DNA of 64,000 nt, taken from assembly GCF_009834535.1 (NCBI RefSeq), contig NC_045707.1, forward strand, positions 64,234,001-64,298,000, given 5' to 3'. Below the pieces are notes generated by a model. It was not told where the DNA came from. It saw nothing but the letters and a program-made list of their open reading frames with translations, and made no database searches. Shown here piece after piece: positions 11,662 to 24,835 of the stretch; position 1 is the first letter of the stretch; the number at the start of each line of letters is the position of its first letter. A program made the position numbers and the translations under genes. Source of the stretch: Camelus ferus (taxonomy: Eukaryota).

Positions 11662-13076
11662 GTGTGGAGCAGTAAAATGAAGAAGCTAAACCAGAGCAAG
11701 AGCTACCAAATTTCAGCACTCCTTCTAGAGCAAAGGCAAACTTTTCAATCCAGCAAAATATGTTTCTGTAAGGCTTAGGTTCAGAACATTTTAATGTCTG
11801 GAAACTAATCCAAGATTAATATTCTTATGGTTTTATGTTTTTTGTTTTTTGTCAAAGGCATAGAATTTGCAGAAATATCTTCTCCCTTCAGATTTGATTT
11901 ATATGGAAAACAGTCATTTCATTGAAAAGTAACTTTCCTTTTAATTAGTTTCATTAAGGGTCTACAGTCACAGACGAGAGCTATAAGCTATAAAGGTGAA
12001 CACAAAGTTGGCCCTGCCCTTGAGCTGACAGTCCAGTGGGGAAAGCGTATACACAATGGCTTAACAGTTCCATGGAATAGTGCCCTAATATATAGAGATT
12101 TTCCCTCTTCCAATTCATCTTTCTCCTGGCTTTCAGGATGATCTAACTAATGCTGCATGTCTGACCACACTAGTCCTTACCTTAATCCTTCCATTGCTGC
12201 CCTCCAGATTTCAGGATGAACTGAAAACTCCTGAGGGTGACATTCAAGGTCCTTCATCGCCCAGTCCTTGCCTAACTCTGTTACCTTGTCTCTTGACATT
12301 TTCTCCCTTTCCAATGTTTTCTGAATGTTATGCTTTGTAATTCCCTCAATGCTCCACACTCCTTGGATTGGAAGCCTTGTCCTTCCTCCCTGTTATTTTC
12401 TCAGCCTGAAAGCTAATCTCCCACCTGGTTAACTGAGAGAGGATCCTCTCTGACCAATTAGAGCATGACATGTCTCGTCTCAGCGATGGGATCAGAGATG
12501 GACCCAGTACCTAAGCCAGCCCTGTGAAAGGGAAATCTAGGGTTCCTGATGGAATTGACAAGAAAGAGGAACACTTTTTCTGCTGCCTATCGGCTAAGTC
12601 AAAACTCTTTCTGACCTCTTAATTAGACGAGCCACTTTTTTTCCTTAAGCCAGTTTGAGTTGGATTTCTTTCCCTTGAAGCCAAAAGAACTGTAGTACAA
12701 TATGTCTCACAAAAAGTTGACACTGAAACTAGACAGAGAAAAACAAGTATGAATGTTCATGGGAGAATAGGTGGAAAAGTGGTTTCTACATAGGTCGACA
12801 CATATATAATGTATTTCCTTTGCAGAGTGAAAAAACGTAGAAATATTTTCATTAGACTTCCGAATCTCTGTTAGAAAGGGGAATTATTATATGCTTGACT
12901 TTTTAAATTCCTATGGATATTTATCTCTGCAAAAAAGTAAAAGTTTGGTTAGATTGGTGATTTTATAACAATCTATATTTATGGGAGCATGTCTATTTCT
13001 TTTGCCTCCTGGGATACTTCTGGCTGTTTGGCTTCCAAACCAAACTATACCAAAACTTAATACCTACCCCCAAGCC

Positions 13077-13102
13077 AAAAAAAAAAAAAAAAAAAAAAAA
13101 AA
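13077..13102. repeat. Poly(A) tract (~26 nt)
   Basis: Directly visible. Confidence 0.95.
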
Positions 13103-14249
13103 CCAAAATGGAAAATATCCAGCCCTGAAAATCTAACGAAACTAAAATTTCATAAGAAATATAAGAACAATAAGTATATTTCTATATTGTATCTTAATTC
13201 CCTATCATAAATTTATTTCACAGGGAATATATATAGAAATAGAGATAACTACTGCCTAACTGAACTCCTAAATGTGAGCACAATCTTCCTATTGTTGTTT
13301 TAATAGGGTTTAATAGGGTCATTTTTAATAGGGTTAGAGTCTTCTGCTGAAGGATATTGGCACATAGGATGCTATCATTATTTGCAGAGGTAAATATTTG
13401 TTAGCAAATAATTTTTGGCAAGTAAATGTGCTTTTGTGTGAATCAAAAGATATAAATATGGAATGCTAAAGCTAAAGACATGTCAGCAAAGGATAATAAT
13501 TAGTCTAGTGGCTGATTAGTGACCCAGGTGTGCCAATTTTCTCACAATTACTCAGGCTTTGAGCATCCAATATCACTTTCACATCAAGTCACATGCCCTC
13601 AATAGCTCCCTATTACTCTGAGTTAAAGTCTGAACTTAGTCAGCCTGAATGGTTTTCTATAATCTAGCTCCAAAACTGCCTTTGGAGAAGGTCCCCCACT
13701 ACTTCCTCTGCACAGCATCTCAAGACCAGCAGAAGGAATTTTCTGGAAATCAGTTCCACTGTTTCTTTGCCATTGAAACTCTCCCTACCTAGTAGGTCCT
13801 TTTTGCACTCATATTCCACTAAAAAAATTCTACTTGGGTGTTGAAAAATGACTTTTAATGGCTATGTAAGTGGTTACATGTCCTGAACAGAATATTTGAA
13901 AAATAGAGAAAAGTGAAAGGAAAAAGGCAGAAGTTATCACAATCTCATCATCCAGAATTAACGTGCTCTAAACGTGTTCATGCATTTTCCTCTAGTCTTT
14001 GTTTCTACTTCTATCTTTCAGTAAATTTTCTCATGCTATGTATATGATTTCGTATCCTGGGGTTTTTTTCCTTCTAAAAATAATGCTACCAGCAATTTCC
14101 AGCATCATTTAAGGTAACTTTACAACTTTTATTGGTTTTCTCACTCTACTGAATAGGCACGCCTTCTGTGGAATTTCATGTAGGCTGTTCCTAATGCGGA
14201 GGTACCATAATGAAAGAATTCGTGAGTATTACGGAGGAGGGTAAGAGAA

Positions 14250-14530
14250 GACTGTGAGATCTGGAGTCGGGCAGCTGTGGGCTTGAGTTTGAGTGCTGCC
14301 ATTTATAAATTATATGATCTTGAGTTCATTCATTGATTCATTCATTTATTCAGCAGATATTTATGGAAAGCCAGCTATGAACCAGGGGCTGACTTGGAGA
14401 TGGTGGAACAGCATTAAATAAGTCAGTTTCTCTACGAGTCTGTTAGAGGTGCGTGACAATAAACAAAAGGCATAGTACTGGGTGGTGACAAGAGCCACGA
14501 AACGGAGTGAGGCGACAGAGATCAAGGCAG
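14250..14530. mobile_element. MIR fragment followed by antisense L2 3' end
   Basis: ctggagtcgggcagctgtgggcttgag, then cattcattgattcattcatttattcagcagatatttat. Confidence 0.55.
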
Positions 14531-15859
14531 GCCCTCCGCACTCAACAAGCTGTAGGTGATCAGAAATACTTCTGTCTTATCTATTGTAGGCATTAAATAA
14601 AATAGGTGCCTAACGAATCTTTGTTGCATAATTGATTGATTGACGTTATCAACTGGAATTATTGTTTCACATGTAAGTAAATTTCTAACCAAAGTTCTTA
14701 TTGTCCATCAGTAGATGGCAATGTATGAATTTTCTAGAAAAAATATGCTTAAATGTAGTAGAACTTTGCAAGAGTTTGCCTCATCTCAAGTGGTTTTTTC
14801 ATTTTCTTTATATTTTGCTCTAAGAGAAAATTAATTGCCTTCCCAAGAAAATTTGTCACCAAACAGTGCTTTAGAAAAACAATGATTTCGAAAACAAAAC
14901 AAAACAGTGATTACAGTGGAAAAGGGGGCTTGGCAGTTAGTGTGTTTCTAATTCTAATAAAATAAATTATTTCTGTGCATGTATCCCAGTGACATCAGCT
15001 GACAAAAATCTCTTTGCCTGTTTTATAGCTACTGGCTAAAATGTATGTATTGGTGGATTGAAATAGCAAAAACCAAACCTAACCGCTGTATGACTTGTCT
15101 CTCTGCCCATAAGTGCAGGAGCCTCGTGGAGTCTATCATCACTCTTGGCCTCGATTTCGCAATTTAGCTCGCAGCCCACTTCAGAACAGTCTCAACTAAA
15201 GGAACAGTAGTGCAGTGGTACGTAAAAGATGTTAAGGGTGCAGGCCGTGTTTCTTAGATTTTATTGTCTCTGATTTTTCCCTAGGTGATGCTCCTGACTC
15301 TGTTGTGATCTGCTTACAAACACAACACAAACTGAGTGCCTTCATTCATCAGTCGTGGCTTATCCTACTGTGTTATGACTCACTCATGAACCCACACTTC
15401 AGGGAGAAAGACATAGCACCCAAATAGGACCTTAGTTAGAGACCATGGCTGGTTGTGAATACCAGCGCTGTTTTGACAGCCAATAGCGGAGTTAGGATTT
15501 ACACAAGGTGCATGCGTGTCTCAGCTGGGAAGAGTCCTCGCTTAGATTTTTTTTTTAATCCTCTGATTACTAAGTGACTGCCTAGGCTGGGAAGCAGTAA
15601 TCCATGCACCATCTAGCTGAGAAATAAGCCCTGGGCCCTGAAAGTGAGTCCTGTCTGGTAGCTGAGGAAGTCACACGCCGTCTCCCCTGAACACTGGAAG
15701 CTCACTAAGTAGGCTGGTGCCGTAGTAATTCATCCAAGCATCGCCCGGAGGAATGATGACTCTGAAACAGCAGGTGTACCACTCTGTTGGTCTGAGACAA
15801 AGGCAATAATAAAAGCAAGTGTCCAGTAGTTTCCATTGTCTTGATCCCCAAATCTTGTG

Positions 15860-16195
15860 GTTTGCTCTGTCCTTGAACTTGATTTCATTTTAATGATATT
15901 CTCCAAAGGGCAGCCAAAATGTTCTTTTAAAAATAGAAATCAGATCATGTCACTCCTCTGTTTAACCCCCTCCCCTCCCACCCATTGGCTTTCCATTGCT
16001 CCTGAAATAAAATCCGAAGTCCTTCAAGGTTCTATGTGGCCAGACTATTGCACTCTGTCCAACATCAGCTGTGACCTCTGCTGACTGTCACCTCTCCAGC
16101 CACTCTGGACAATTTTTCTCTGAATCCCCACTGCCTAACATAGTCCCAGAACACAGCTGGTACTCAGTGTATGCTCCTTGAATAACTGAAAGCAT
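15860..16195 (+). mobile_element. L2 fragment
   Basis: aaatcagatcatgtcactcctctgtttaacc...ggctttccattgc...aaaatccgaagtcctt...cactgcctaacatagt. Confidence 0.7.
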
Positions 16196-16204
16196 GCATG
16201 GCTC

Positions 16205-16385
16205 AGAGAAGCTCTTATCAAACCTGGCTGTATGTTTGAATCTCCTAGAAAACTTTGAAACATAAAACATCTGAAACTGACACCTAGAATTTCTGCTTTA
16301 ATTCCTGCTATGGTGGGGTGGACATTGGTAGTTTTAAAGAGCTTCTTGGATGATTCTAATGTGCTGAGAGGGTTGAGAAACAGAG
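16205..16385. mobile_element. MER5-type hAT-Charlie MITE
   Basis: tcaaacctggctgtatgtttgaatctcctag...gatgattctaatgtgctgagagggttgagaaac. Confidence 0.7.
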
Positions 16386-16616
16386 CTGGAGGAAAGGCTA
16401 ATCGTTAGTAAAATACTAACGTGGCTTGCTCAGAACCCTGAACTATCACCATCGTATCCTGTCACTGTCATCCAATCCTATATAGTCTCAAAAAATAAAT
16501 GTTTCTCTATTTATTGTTACGAGATCCTGTTAGATTTCAAATTACTAGTAGACACTGGCTGTTAAGCCACAATAAAGCTTGGTTTAATTTTGTTTGTGCT
16601 AGAATCACTAGGTTAG

Positions 16617-16627
16617 TTTCCCGGAAA
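16617..16627. promoter_or_regulatory. GAS/STAT motif TTTCCCGGAAA
   Basis: Matches the optimal STAT1/STAT3 TTCCCGGAA site, with its CpG retained, in non-repeat sequence. Motif only; no functional data. Confidence 0.35.
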
Positions 16628-16892
16628 TTTCTGACATGGGAAAGGAAGGGCCATTTGAATCTGTTTCATACACTACAGTTTTGCTGATTAAACATATCTG
16701 GGTCTCAGCCAAAGGTGTCGTCATGTTGGCTACATGACTGTTGCAAGCAAACCCCAGCACCCAGGCAGAGCTGAAGTTCAAAGCTTCTTTAGACTGGGAA
16801 CACTTATTAAAGAAAGTGTCATTTGTGCTCAGAATAATGGCTTGTAACTCTTCCAGCATTATTTTTCACCTAATCGGATTTGTCTTCTACAG

Positions 16893-16960
16893 AGCAAACT
16901 CAAAGGAGGAAATCTGGAACTTTTGGCCTGGTGTATGCACGGAGACCAGATGGCCGACAG
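16893..16960 (+). other. Candidate 68-nt internal exon of an unidentified + strand host gene
   Basis: Branch-like cctaat, tttgtcttctacAG acceptor, CAG|gtacgg donor, purine-rich body, open in all three frames (e.g. QTQRRKSGTFGLVYARRPDGRQ), local CpG retention. Confidence 0.5.
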
Positions 16961-17411
16961 GTACGGAGCTGGTTTTTGTAGTGGGGTACGCTGAATGAAA
17001 AAGACAAGTCTCTTTAAGATGACAATAAATTTCCCAAATGGCCTGTGTGAAATCTGTAAAGATTGAAGATAAAGGTTTTGGGTTACGTTGTCCTTAACAT
17101 GAAAGGGGGATAAATGGAGCCAGGTGGGTGCTCCTTCAGGCTTGTGTGAACATCACCAAGGAAGCCGGATGGAGTGTGGGAGCAGTAAATGGCGGTAGAG
17201 TCTATTGGAAGCACATACACGTACTATCTGCTTGCAAGGACGCTTTTGAAGGTGGGACGCTGAGGTCTCAATTAGGGAGGATCAGCCCTCAGAAGCATCT
17301 TTTAACTATTGAAAATGGAGAAACCATCTCTTTTCGAGACAGGAAGGCATTCAAATGACATGAATTTTCTTTCCCTGTTCCCTTCTCACACTCAAATACC
17401 AGTTCCACCAT

Positions 17412-17700
17412 AGGTCCACAGCTCATTAGCCTCAGTTTCCAAATCCAAAATGTTCTTGAAAGTGAGTTTTTGTTTTTATAATTCATTTGAGGACAAAACT
17501 TGTCCTGAATTGATGTGAAGTTATTAATAATCTTTATGTATTCTACTGAGTGTGAGTATTCATGCTTCCCTGAAGTCGTAATCATATGACTAATTGGCTC
17601 TTTCCTCAGACTTCCCTGGGGATGCTTCCCTGTATGCAGTCTATGAGCCTTATTACCTTCCCAGAATCTGGAAATTACGAATCCCAAAGTAGATCTGGCT
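17412..17700 (+). mobile_element. TcMar-Tigger-type MITE relic (MER127-like)
   Basis: aggtccaca...aaatccaaaa...tcatttgaggacaaaacttgtcctgaattgatgtga...agtgtgagtattcat resembles the recalled consensus; exact family uncertain. Confidence 0.5.
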
Positions 17701-17752
17701 TACATTAGGAATATGCCCAAACTTGTGAATTTGTGTGAATTAAAAGGCTCAT

Positions 17753-18060
17753 TAGAAACAAACTTATGGTTACCAGGGGGAAGAGGAGGGTGGGGAGGGG
17801 TAAATGGGAAGTTTGGGATTTGCAGATACTAACTACTATGTATAAAATAGACAACAAGATCCTACTGTATAGCACAGGGAACTATATTCAATATCTTGTA
17901 ATAGCCTATAATGCAAAATGATATGAAAAAGAGTGTATGTATACATATATATATATGTATATACACATATATAACTGAATCACTATGCTGTACAGCAGAA
18001 ACTAGCACAACATTGTAGATTGACTATACTTCAGTTAAAAAAAAGACAGAGAAAGAAAAA
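17753..18060 (+). mobile_element. Cetartiodactyl-type L1 3' UTR with A tail
   Basis: aaacaaacttatggttaccaggggg...ctactgtatagcacagggaactatattcaatatcttgtaata...gactatacttcagttaaaaaaa; TSD-like aaggctcat/aatgctcat. Confidence 0.9.
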
Positions 18061-19429
18061 TAATGCTCATAAGGGTTGGTGAATCAGCGATGCCACACCA
18101 GGTGCTTTTATTTTTATCATGTCAAAATAAGGCAGTAGCTATGGCTATTTCCAGGGAAACACACCTCTGAAGCGGTCTGAGCAGAGAATAGGAAGACTCA
18201 CGTGTTAAATGGTTCTTAATTCACAACGTAGGAGGCAACATCTAGTAATGTAACCTGAAGGTTCTTTTTAGCACTCGAGGGCTGGTGAAGGTGGCGTCTA
18301 ACATGAAGTTTTTACCTTTAGAAATAAAATTACCCCTTTGGCAGCCTTCAAGCCAAACCCCAAGTGATGATTGTGATAAGATTTATGTAAACATCACAGA
18401 GATAAAAGAATTAGTCAGTTGAACTGGGTTTGAGCTGGGCTTGGGTAATTATTCTGGACTGATGTGTAACAGATTTGTTTGGACTAGATTTATAAGTTCC
18501 TTTCCTATGAAGTGATCAAAGTTGGGGGAAAAAAACGAGTTGATTGCTTTGATTTTGCCTATTTGGAGTAAGTTAGGCAATTTTATATGCCTGAAAACAA
18601 TTAATGAGTTTTATTTTCACCTTAATTCAGAGGCCACAATATGAAGAAAACACCCCCACCCACTCAATTACATGAACGGAAATTTTGAACTTTCTGAGTT
18701 CAGTTACAATTATCTGAGACAGGAACAAACGCAGTGACATTTTTTTTACGATGGCTCATTGGTTGGTTAGATGATTGACAGTTGGTGTTTGACCGTTGTG
18801 GACGATAGATCCCAAAGAATCTGAGCAGGAAACTGCAATTTATGAGAAGATTGTTGGGCTCAGGGTCTCCTCAGGGTGTGTTCATTGTTAGGATGTCCAC
18901 TACAAAGACTTTTTTTTTCATGTAACGTGTTGAAAACTACAGTAAGCTTACAGATGGTATAGATTTCTTTTCCTCTCTCTCAGCGGCCATCCTGGAAAGC
19001 GTTGCCTTGAATTATCGCTGCTTTGGAAGAATATAGGCATCCTAAAAACTTTAGAACTGGAAAGATTTTTGGCGATCACCTCCCAGTCTCTACATTTTAC
19101 AGGCAAGGAAGCGAAGAGTGTTCACCATTTTGCCTGTTACATCTTGAAATAATGAAGTCCCAGGAAAGAAAGTGAATTTACTTGTAACTGTGTGTTCTTC
19201 TAGTCTACTTAAAATCCACTGTAGAAAGCTCTGTTTTCAGGCAGTCATGGAGGAGGAAGACTTTGTAGTTAATTAAATACCTTTATTACGAGAAAGTTTC
19301 CCATATCCCATAGTATGCCAGTCATTGGAATATGTTAAATATTAAAAGTATGCAGCTTATAATTTCATCTTTTTTAGAGAATGCAGAAAGCCCTGTAGGA
19401 CCACATTTGGTGTATTTTGCCAAGTCCTT

Positions 19430-19620
19430 TGACTCACCTGATCTCTTTTAAGTCTCCCCAAACCTTGAGAAGTGGATAAGTTGGATATTACTGTTATCTA
19501 CGTTTTGCAGATGAAGAAACTACACTTCCTGTGAGGCTACTGACTTAACTAACTAGTTTGCTGAGAGTTAGGATCTGAGCCCAATTTTTCTATTTCTAAA
19601 TCATGTGATTTTTTCACTTT
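19430..19620 (-). mobile_element. MIR SINE
   Basis: gttttgcagatgaagaaact...gagttaggatctgagccca. Confidence 0.65.
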
Positions 19621-19939
19621 GCCGTTCTTTTGAATGACAAATGAGCTAAGTAAGAGAATATTCTAGTTTTAGATCAACTAGAGGTTGATTTCGCATATAA
19701 TAAGGATTTAGTAGGCTCATGACGCACTCCCTAACCTGTCCTAGCCTTTGTGCAAAGCGGTGATCAACTAACTATTTGGCAGCAAGAAGCCTTGAATCCA
19801 TCTTGCTTTCTCAACCTCAGTTCTCCAATGTTAGAGTTGAGTCTGTTTAACTTACTTTTTTCTACGTGAATGATTTTTATTTTTTATCCTGGCTCATGGC
19901 ATTTATTCTTATTCTTTTTTGGTATTATGCATACACACA

Positions 19940-20965
19940 TTTAATTTTGGAATACTTTTAGGTTTAAGGAAAGGTGTAAATAGTAGAAAGAGTTCTTATA
20001 TATCCTCTACCTGGCTTCCTCTAAAGTCAACATCTTATGTAACCATGATCCACGAATCAAAACTGAAAAACTAACATTGGTATTAAACTATTCACTAAAC
20101 CTTCGACTTTATTGGGATTTCACCAGTTTTTCCACTAATGTCCTCTTTCTGTTCTGGGATCCAACCAGGATATCACATCGCCCTTACTATTCATGCCTCC
20201 CTTATCTCTTCTAATCTGTGTCAATTGCTCAGTCTTTGCTTGCTTTTTATGACTTTGACACTTTTGAAGAATATTCTATAAATAAATATTCTGTAAATTT
20301 TAAAAAATCCCTCAGTTTGGATCTGACCGATGTTTTCTCATGATCAGACTGGGTAATGCATTTTGGGGAAGAATACCAGGGATGAAGCGCCCTTCCCACA
20401 GCAGGGGGTGCATGAGAACAACGTGGCGCGTCACCGGGGAAGTTCACCTCGTCTACGCATCGTGAAAATTACATCTGCCAATTTTCTCCACTGTGAAGTT
20501 TCTATTCCCCCCTCTCCCCTTTCCATACTGTATTCTTTGGAAACAAGTCGCTAAGTTCAGCCCACACTCAAGGGGAGAGAAATTAAGCTTCACATCTGGA
20601 GAGAGGAGTATCAAAGAATTTGTGGACATATGTTAAAACCACCACAGTAATTAATACATAGTTTGGGGGAGTGACATTGAGGCGATTCAAGCATCCTGTT
20701 TTTCCTAAAAGTTTCACCCACTAATTTTAGCATTCATCCTTGGATCTTGCCTGCAGCACACTGTGGTGTTCTAATGGTGGTTTTCTCTTTCTCTCATTCC
20801 TTTTACACTATTATTTTGAATTCTTCTTTAACAAATATTTGTCTCCTTTTATTTATCGAAACACTCCCTCATTTATATCAGTATGGGCTTAATGGGTATC
20901 TGGCTTATTAACCAATACCATCTGTTGCTCAGATTGTTCTAGCTTTGGCCACGGGGAGCTCCTAG
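19940..20965 (-). mobile_element. L1MC-like 3' end (~1 kb)
   Basis: tcaacatcttatgtaaccatg...aaaactgaaaaactaacattggta...gatttcaccagtttttccactaatgtcctc...gttgctcagattgttctagctttggcca. Confidence 0.75.
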
Positions 20966-21781
20966 AATACAATTTTTTTTATATACAGTTTCTTTTTGTC
21001 TTTACTATCAGAGTTTCCTGACAATATTTTAAGTTGACTGTTCTTTTCTCTTCCTCTCATCATTCCTGGATCCACTGATTCTGATTGTTAAGCATGTTTT
21101 TTCTTTTTTTTTTACCCCTGGGAACTTCATTCTAGGTCTCTCTGGCCTGAATATGCTTAATTGTGGTCTGATGCTCAGGTCTGGTGCTGGACCCCTGTTC
21201 ATCCTGAATCAAGAGGCACCATCCCCAACGTGAATGAGGCAGAAAACTGATTCTGTAGTTGCTCCATTGTCCACAGTTGAGATAATTACAGAAGATAGTT
21301 TCCCAGATAACAGACACCTAGCCTCATTATCTTTACATTTTAGATACTTTTGATGAAAATTGTTCCAAAACTGATCATGGATTTTCCAAAGCAAAATGAA
21401 CACAATACATTTTTTTATATACCTCAAGGTAGTATCAAGAACTTTTTTTTTAATTCCATTTTTATGAAGTAATGGCCTCAAGAACTTTTTATATGCATAG
21501 GCTGTTTACACTCATAACCAGAAAGCACCCCAGGTCCCACAAGTTAGTGAATCTTAAATAAGATCATCTTAACCACATATGCCAAGTCTGCTGAAGCCAT
21601 AGCCCCCACTTGTCAAGTGACAGGATGTCAGCTCTTTCCCTCAAGGGGTGGGGGGGGTTGCCTTACACATCATTCACACCCCTCCCAGCTTCTCATCCCT
21701 CTGCACAAGCTGCTCACTGTCTCTTCCAGTGACTGTCTGCTGTGGATCTACTCATTGCCAGTGCTTTCTCCATAGGTCTGT

Positions 21782-21925
21782 TGATCGATTCATTCATTTA
21801 TTAAACACCTACTATTTGCCAGGTACTCTTCTATAGACACGGGCTTGATCAGTAAATAAAACAGAAAAAAAAATCCCTGCTCTCCCGGAGTATTCAAGTC
21901 AGGGGAGACAGACAATAAGCAATAT
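21782..21925 (-). mobile_element. L2 3' end
   Basis: attcattcatttattaaacacctactatttgccaggtactc...aaatccctgctctc...ggggagacagacaataa. Confidence 0.75.
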
Positions 21926-24703
21926 AAATCTCCTTGGGGTGCTCTCTCTGCTGCTACTGCTATAAGCACCTTGCAGGTCCGTGGACCTCTGCATCTCAGG
22001 CTCTTAACTTTCTTTGACTAGCATCTGCCTTGGTGTTCCTATAGCAGAGCTGTTAGGTCTCCTGAACGTATAACCTTTCAGGAACGGAGTGGGAGGAGTT
22101 AGGTGCAGCCCCCGTGCTCCACCCCAGAACAACTGCTTCTTATCGACACATTGTGTCCTGTTTCTAAACCTCCTTTTAAAATAATGGTGATTTTTATCAT
22201 GCCAGGGTCCCAAGCAACTTGAATCCTGTGGCCATCCCTCTCGTTCTGTCTCATGTGGCTGTACATAATTGGAGATTATGTACAGAGCCCTGTTCTCCGT
22301 GAAATATTTTTGCACAATTAAAATCTTGGAATTCTGTTGGATACCAGTGATGACATCACCTAAATTCATATGAGGCATACCTGAGCCTCGGTTTTGCCCC
22401 AGCCGTCAATAACATGCATCCAACAGTGAACGTCTTGTGTCTAGCAGTTCCCTTTTTCTTTTCTAGTTTATTCCGTATTATTAATATTGTTAGACTTCTG
22501 AGTAAAGTAAGAGTAAATAGTCTTAAAGAAATCGTAAGGGGTTCTCTTTTAAGAAATGAGCATGAGATTAGATTCGTGGTTTCAAATTGTTTAGAAACTT
22601 GGGTTTTGGTTTTCCTTTCCTTGCCTTCCTTCTGGTTCTGATTCTGTTCTTGAGAGGCAGATTTTCTGGTAAGTGAAGTATATGGAGTAACTATTTCATG
22701 CAACCCATTTCAGAATATTGGCAGCAGGCATTGAGTGAAAGCACAGAATCAGAACTTCAAAAGTTTGGGGGCTTTTGTCCAGGGCTTCCAGGGACTGTTA
22801 TTCTAGAGCAAATCCTTGAGACCTGCTCTTCCTTCTCGTCACATTTGAAGTTGGCATGACAGCGTTCTTTAGAACTTTCAGGTGTGACTATTTCTACTTC
22901 CTTATCTTCAAGGGCATCAGATGGTTAATATTCTTCCAAAGCTCCTGAAGGGAACACTCTGCTCTAAAGAGATGAAGTGGGAATCTGGGATTCAGGGAGA
23001 CCTACTGATTCCACACCTTCTGTCCTTTGTGTTACTCTTAGCGGGGAACACAAATATGTATTTTTACATATGTTATTGTAGAATCAGAAAAAAATAAACA
23101 AATCAGAATTTGCAAAATTTGAAAGAAAGGTATTAAGTCAGAGATGGTGACATGTATCCTCAACATCTACTAAATATCCTTGGCAGACAATCGGGGCTTT
23201 TCCGGCATGTTGGTTCCCCATCGTATGGCATGAGGAGAAACGGGTTTAATATGAGGAAAAAGTGGCTGAATGAAAACTGAATCCCACTTTAGCCTAACAA
23301 ACAGAACCTTATTTGTAAACTTTGTAATGTTTGTTTTCATATTTGTGTAGTCCTTGAGGTTTGCATTCCAGATTATGTACAGAGAAGCAAAGAAAGACAA
23401 GAAAAGGAGGAGAGAGAGAGGCAGAGAGAGAACGCTGTGAGGAAACACTGCTCAAGGAAAAAAAAATTTTAGCTCAATTATGTAGGCTCACGACGTTTAT
23501 ATCATTTCGACATGCTTTGAGTATCTAAATTGAAATAGAGCTAGAAATCGTTTGATGTTCATCCATCATTAAATTTAACCTGTTTTTGTTTTGTTTTGTT
23601 TTTTTGCATGATGCACGTAGCCATGTTGCTTTACCGGTACATTGCGTCCTTGGGGACCATTTCTCATCTTTAGGAAAACAAGTTCCGCTATTGTGGGAAG
23701 AGTTTTGTGGGGTTGAAAGCCCGTGAAAGTGACAGGCCAGGGCGTGAGTGCCTTCGAAAGAGCTTCTGACTCTTCTCCTCTGCACTACAGACACATTTCA
23801 CTTCATTTCATTCCTTCATTTCAAAGGAGACTATTTCAAAAATCCATTTCTCAACATATGACAAATTCATATTGTGTTCAGTATGGTGGTGGGTAGAGAA
23901 TAAACACAGAAATGCGTGTTTACAGGGAAAAGAAGAATTGTCCCCTGACTCCTATTATTTGGTGAAGTTTACTAACAAGTAGATCCTCTACATCTTCAGC
24001 AGAAGCTGCATTGCTCCAGCCATCCTCAAAACATTTCTTGTTCGGGAGGGATCTGAACGTGGATTTGAAGGCAGGAACCCGTGGGATATGTTCCTGTAAC
24101 CTCCCCAAATCTGACCTCAGGCAGATGTTCCATCCTGTCCTCAGGAATTCTCTGCCCTCTGTGGTTTGACCTAGGACCTTGACCTTCAGGTGATGCTTTG
24201 AGATCTTTTTTCCATCTGACTTCTTCTCCCTGTGCAGGTGTAATGATGGAGGAAGGGTGGGCATGGTTTTAAATAATTCAGTCTTGCTTCATGTGGTTAG
24301 TTATTATTGTCCTGTTTCTTCTAATGCATTTCCATTAACATTTTATTGCAGCCTGAGGCTATTAAAGTCCAAGAGACACTCTTATAAACCCACACTCCTC
24401 CTCTTCCAGTTCCCATCTGTACTTACTAACTAGTTCACTGTGGGTCACTTGCAGAACCTGCGAGTGATAAAGATTTTGGGACAGTTGACTTTATTTTTAG
24501 TGGAATAGGAGCTAAACTTTGATCAATAAAACAACCATGAAAGAAGAAAAGCCACATAAGATTCTTTCGTTTCTCAGCTTTTTCAGTGAGGAAATACAAG
24601 CAAAATCATGGTGAAATTCTCCTCCCCATTTTTTTAACGTACGAGAGTGCAAGGATTGTGACCTTGAGCCGTGGAAATCAGAAAAGCTTTCTCTCTCTTT
24701 TAG

Positions 24704-24757
24704 ATTTCCACCAGCGGTCAGGTTCATATGACACGAGCAAATTGATAGCTCTTGGTG
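24704..24757 (+). other. Weak candidate 54-nt exon
   Basis: ctttctctctcttttAG acceptor, GTG|gtaaag donor, length divisible by 3, open as a phase-1 exon (DFHQRSGSYDTSKLIALG). Confidence 0.25.
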
Positions 24758-24835
24758 GTAAAGAAATGTAGGAAACTTAAAAGAAGCAGAAAAGGTAGGA
24801 AAGATACTGGAAGGTGGTTGCATTTAAGGCCCAGA

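Noticed and set aside
16893..16960. GTFGLVYA as a kinase glycine-rich loop, or a gene-symbol assignment
   Set aside because: It lacks the full GxGxxG and the downstream VAIK context; I could not match the peptide to a protein I recognise, so no symbol is given.
18962..19035. Strong acceptor-like tract ttcttttcctctctctcag
   Set aside because: No convincing donor downstream, and it runs into a probable MIR-like fragment.
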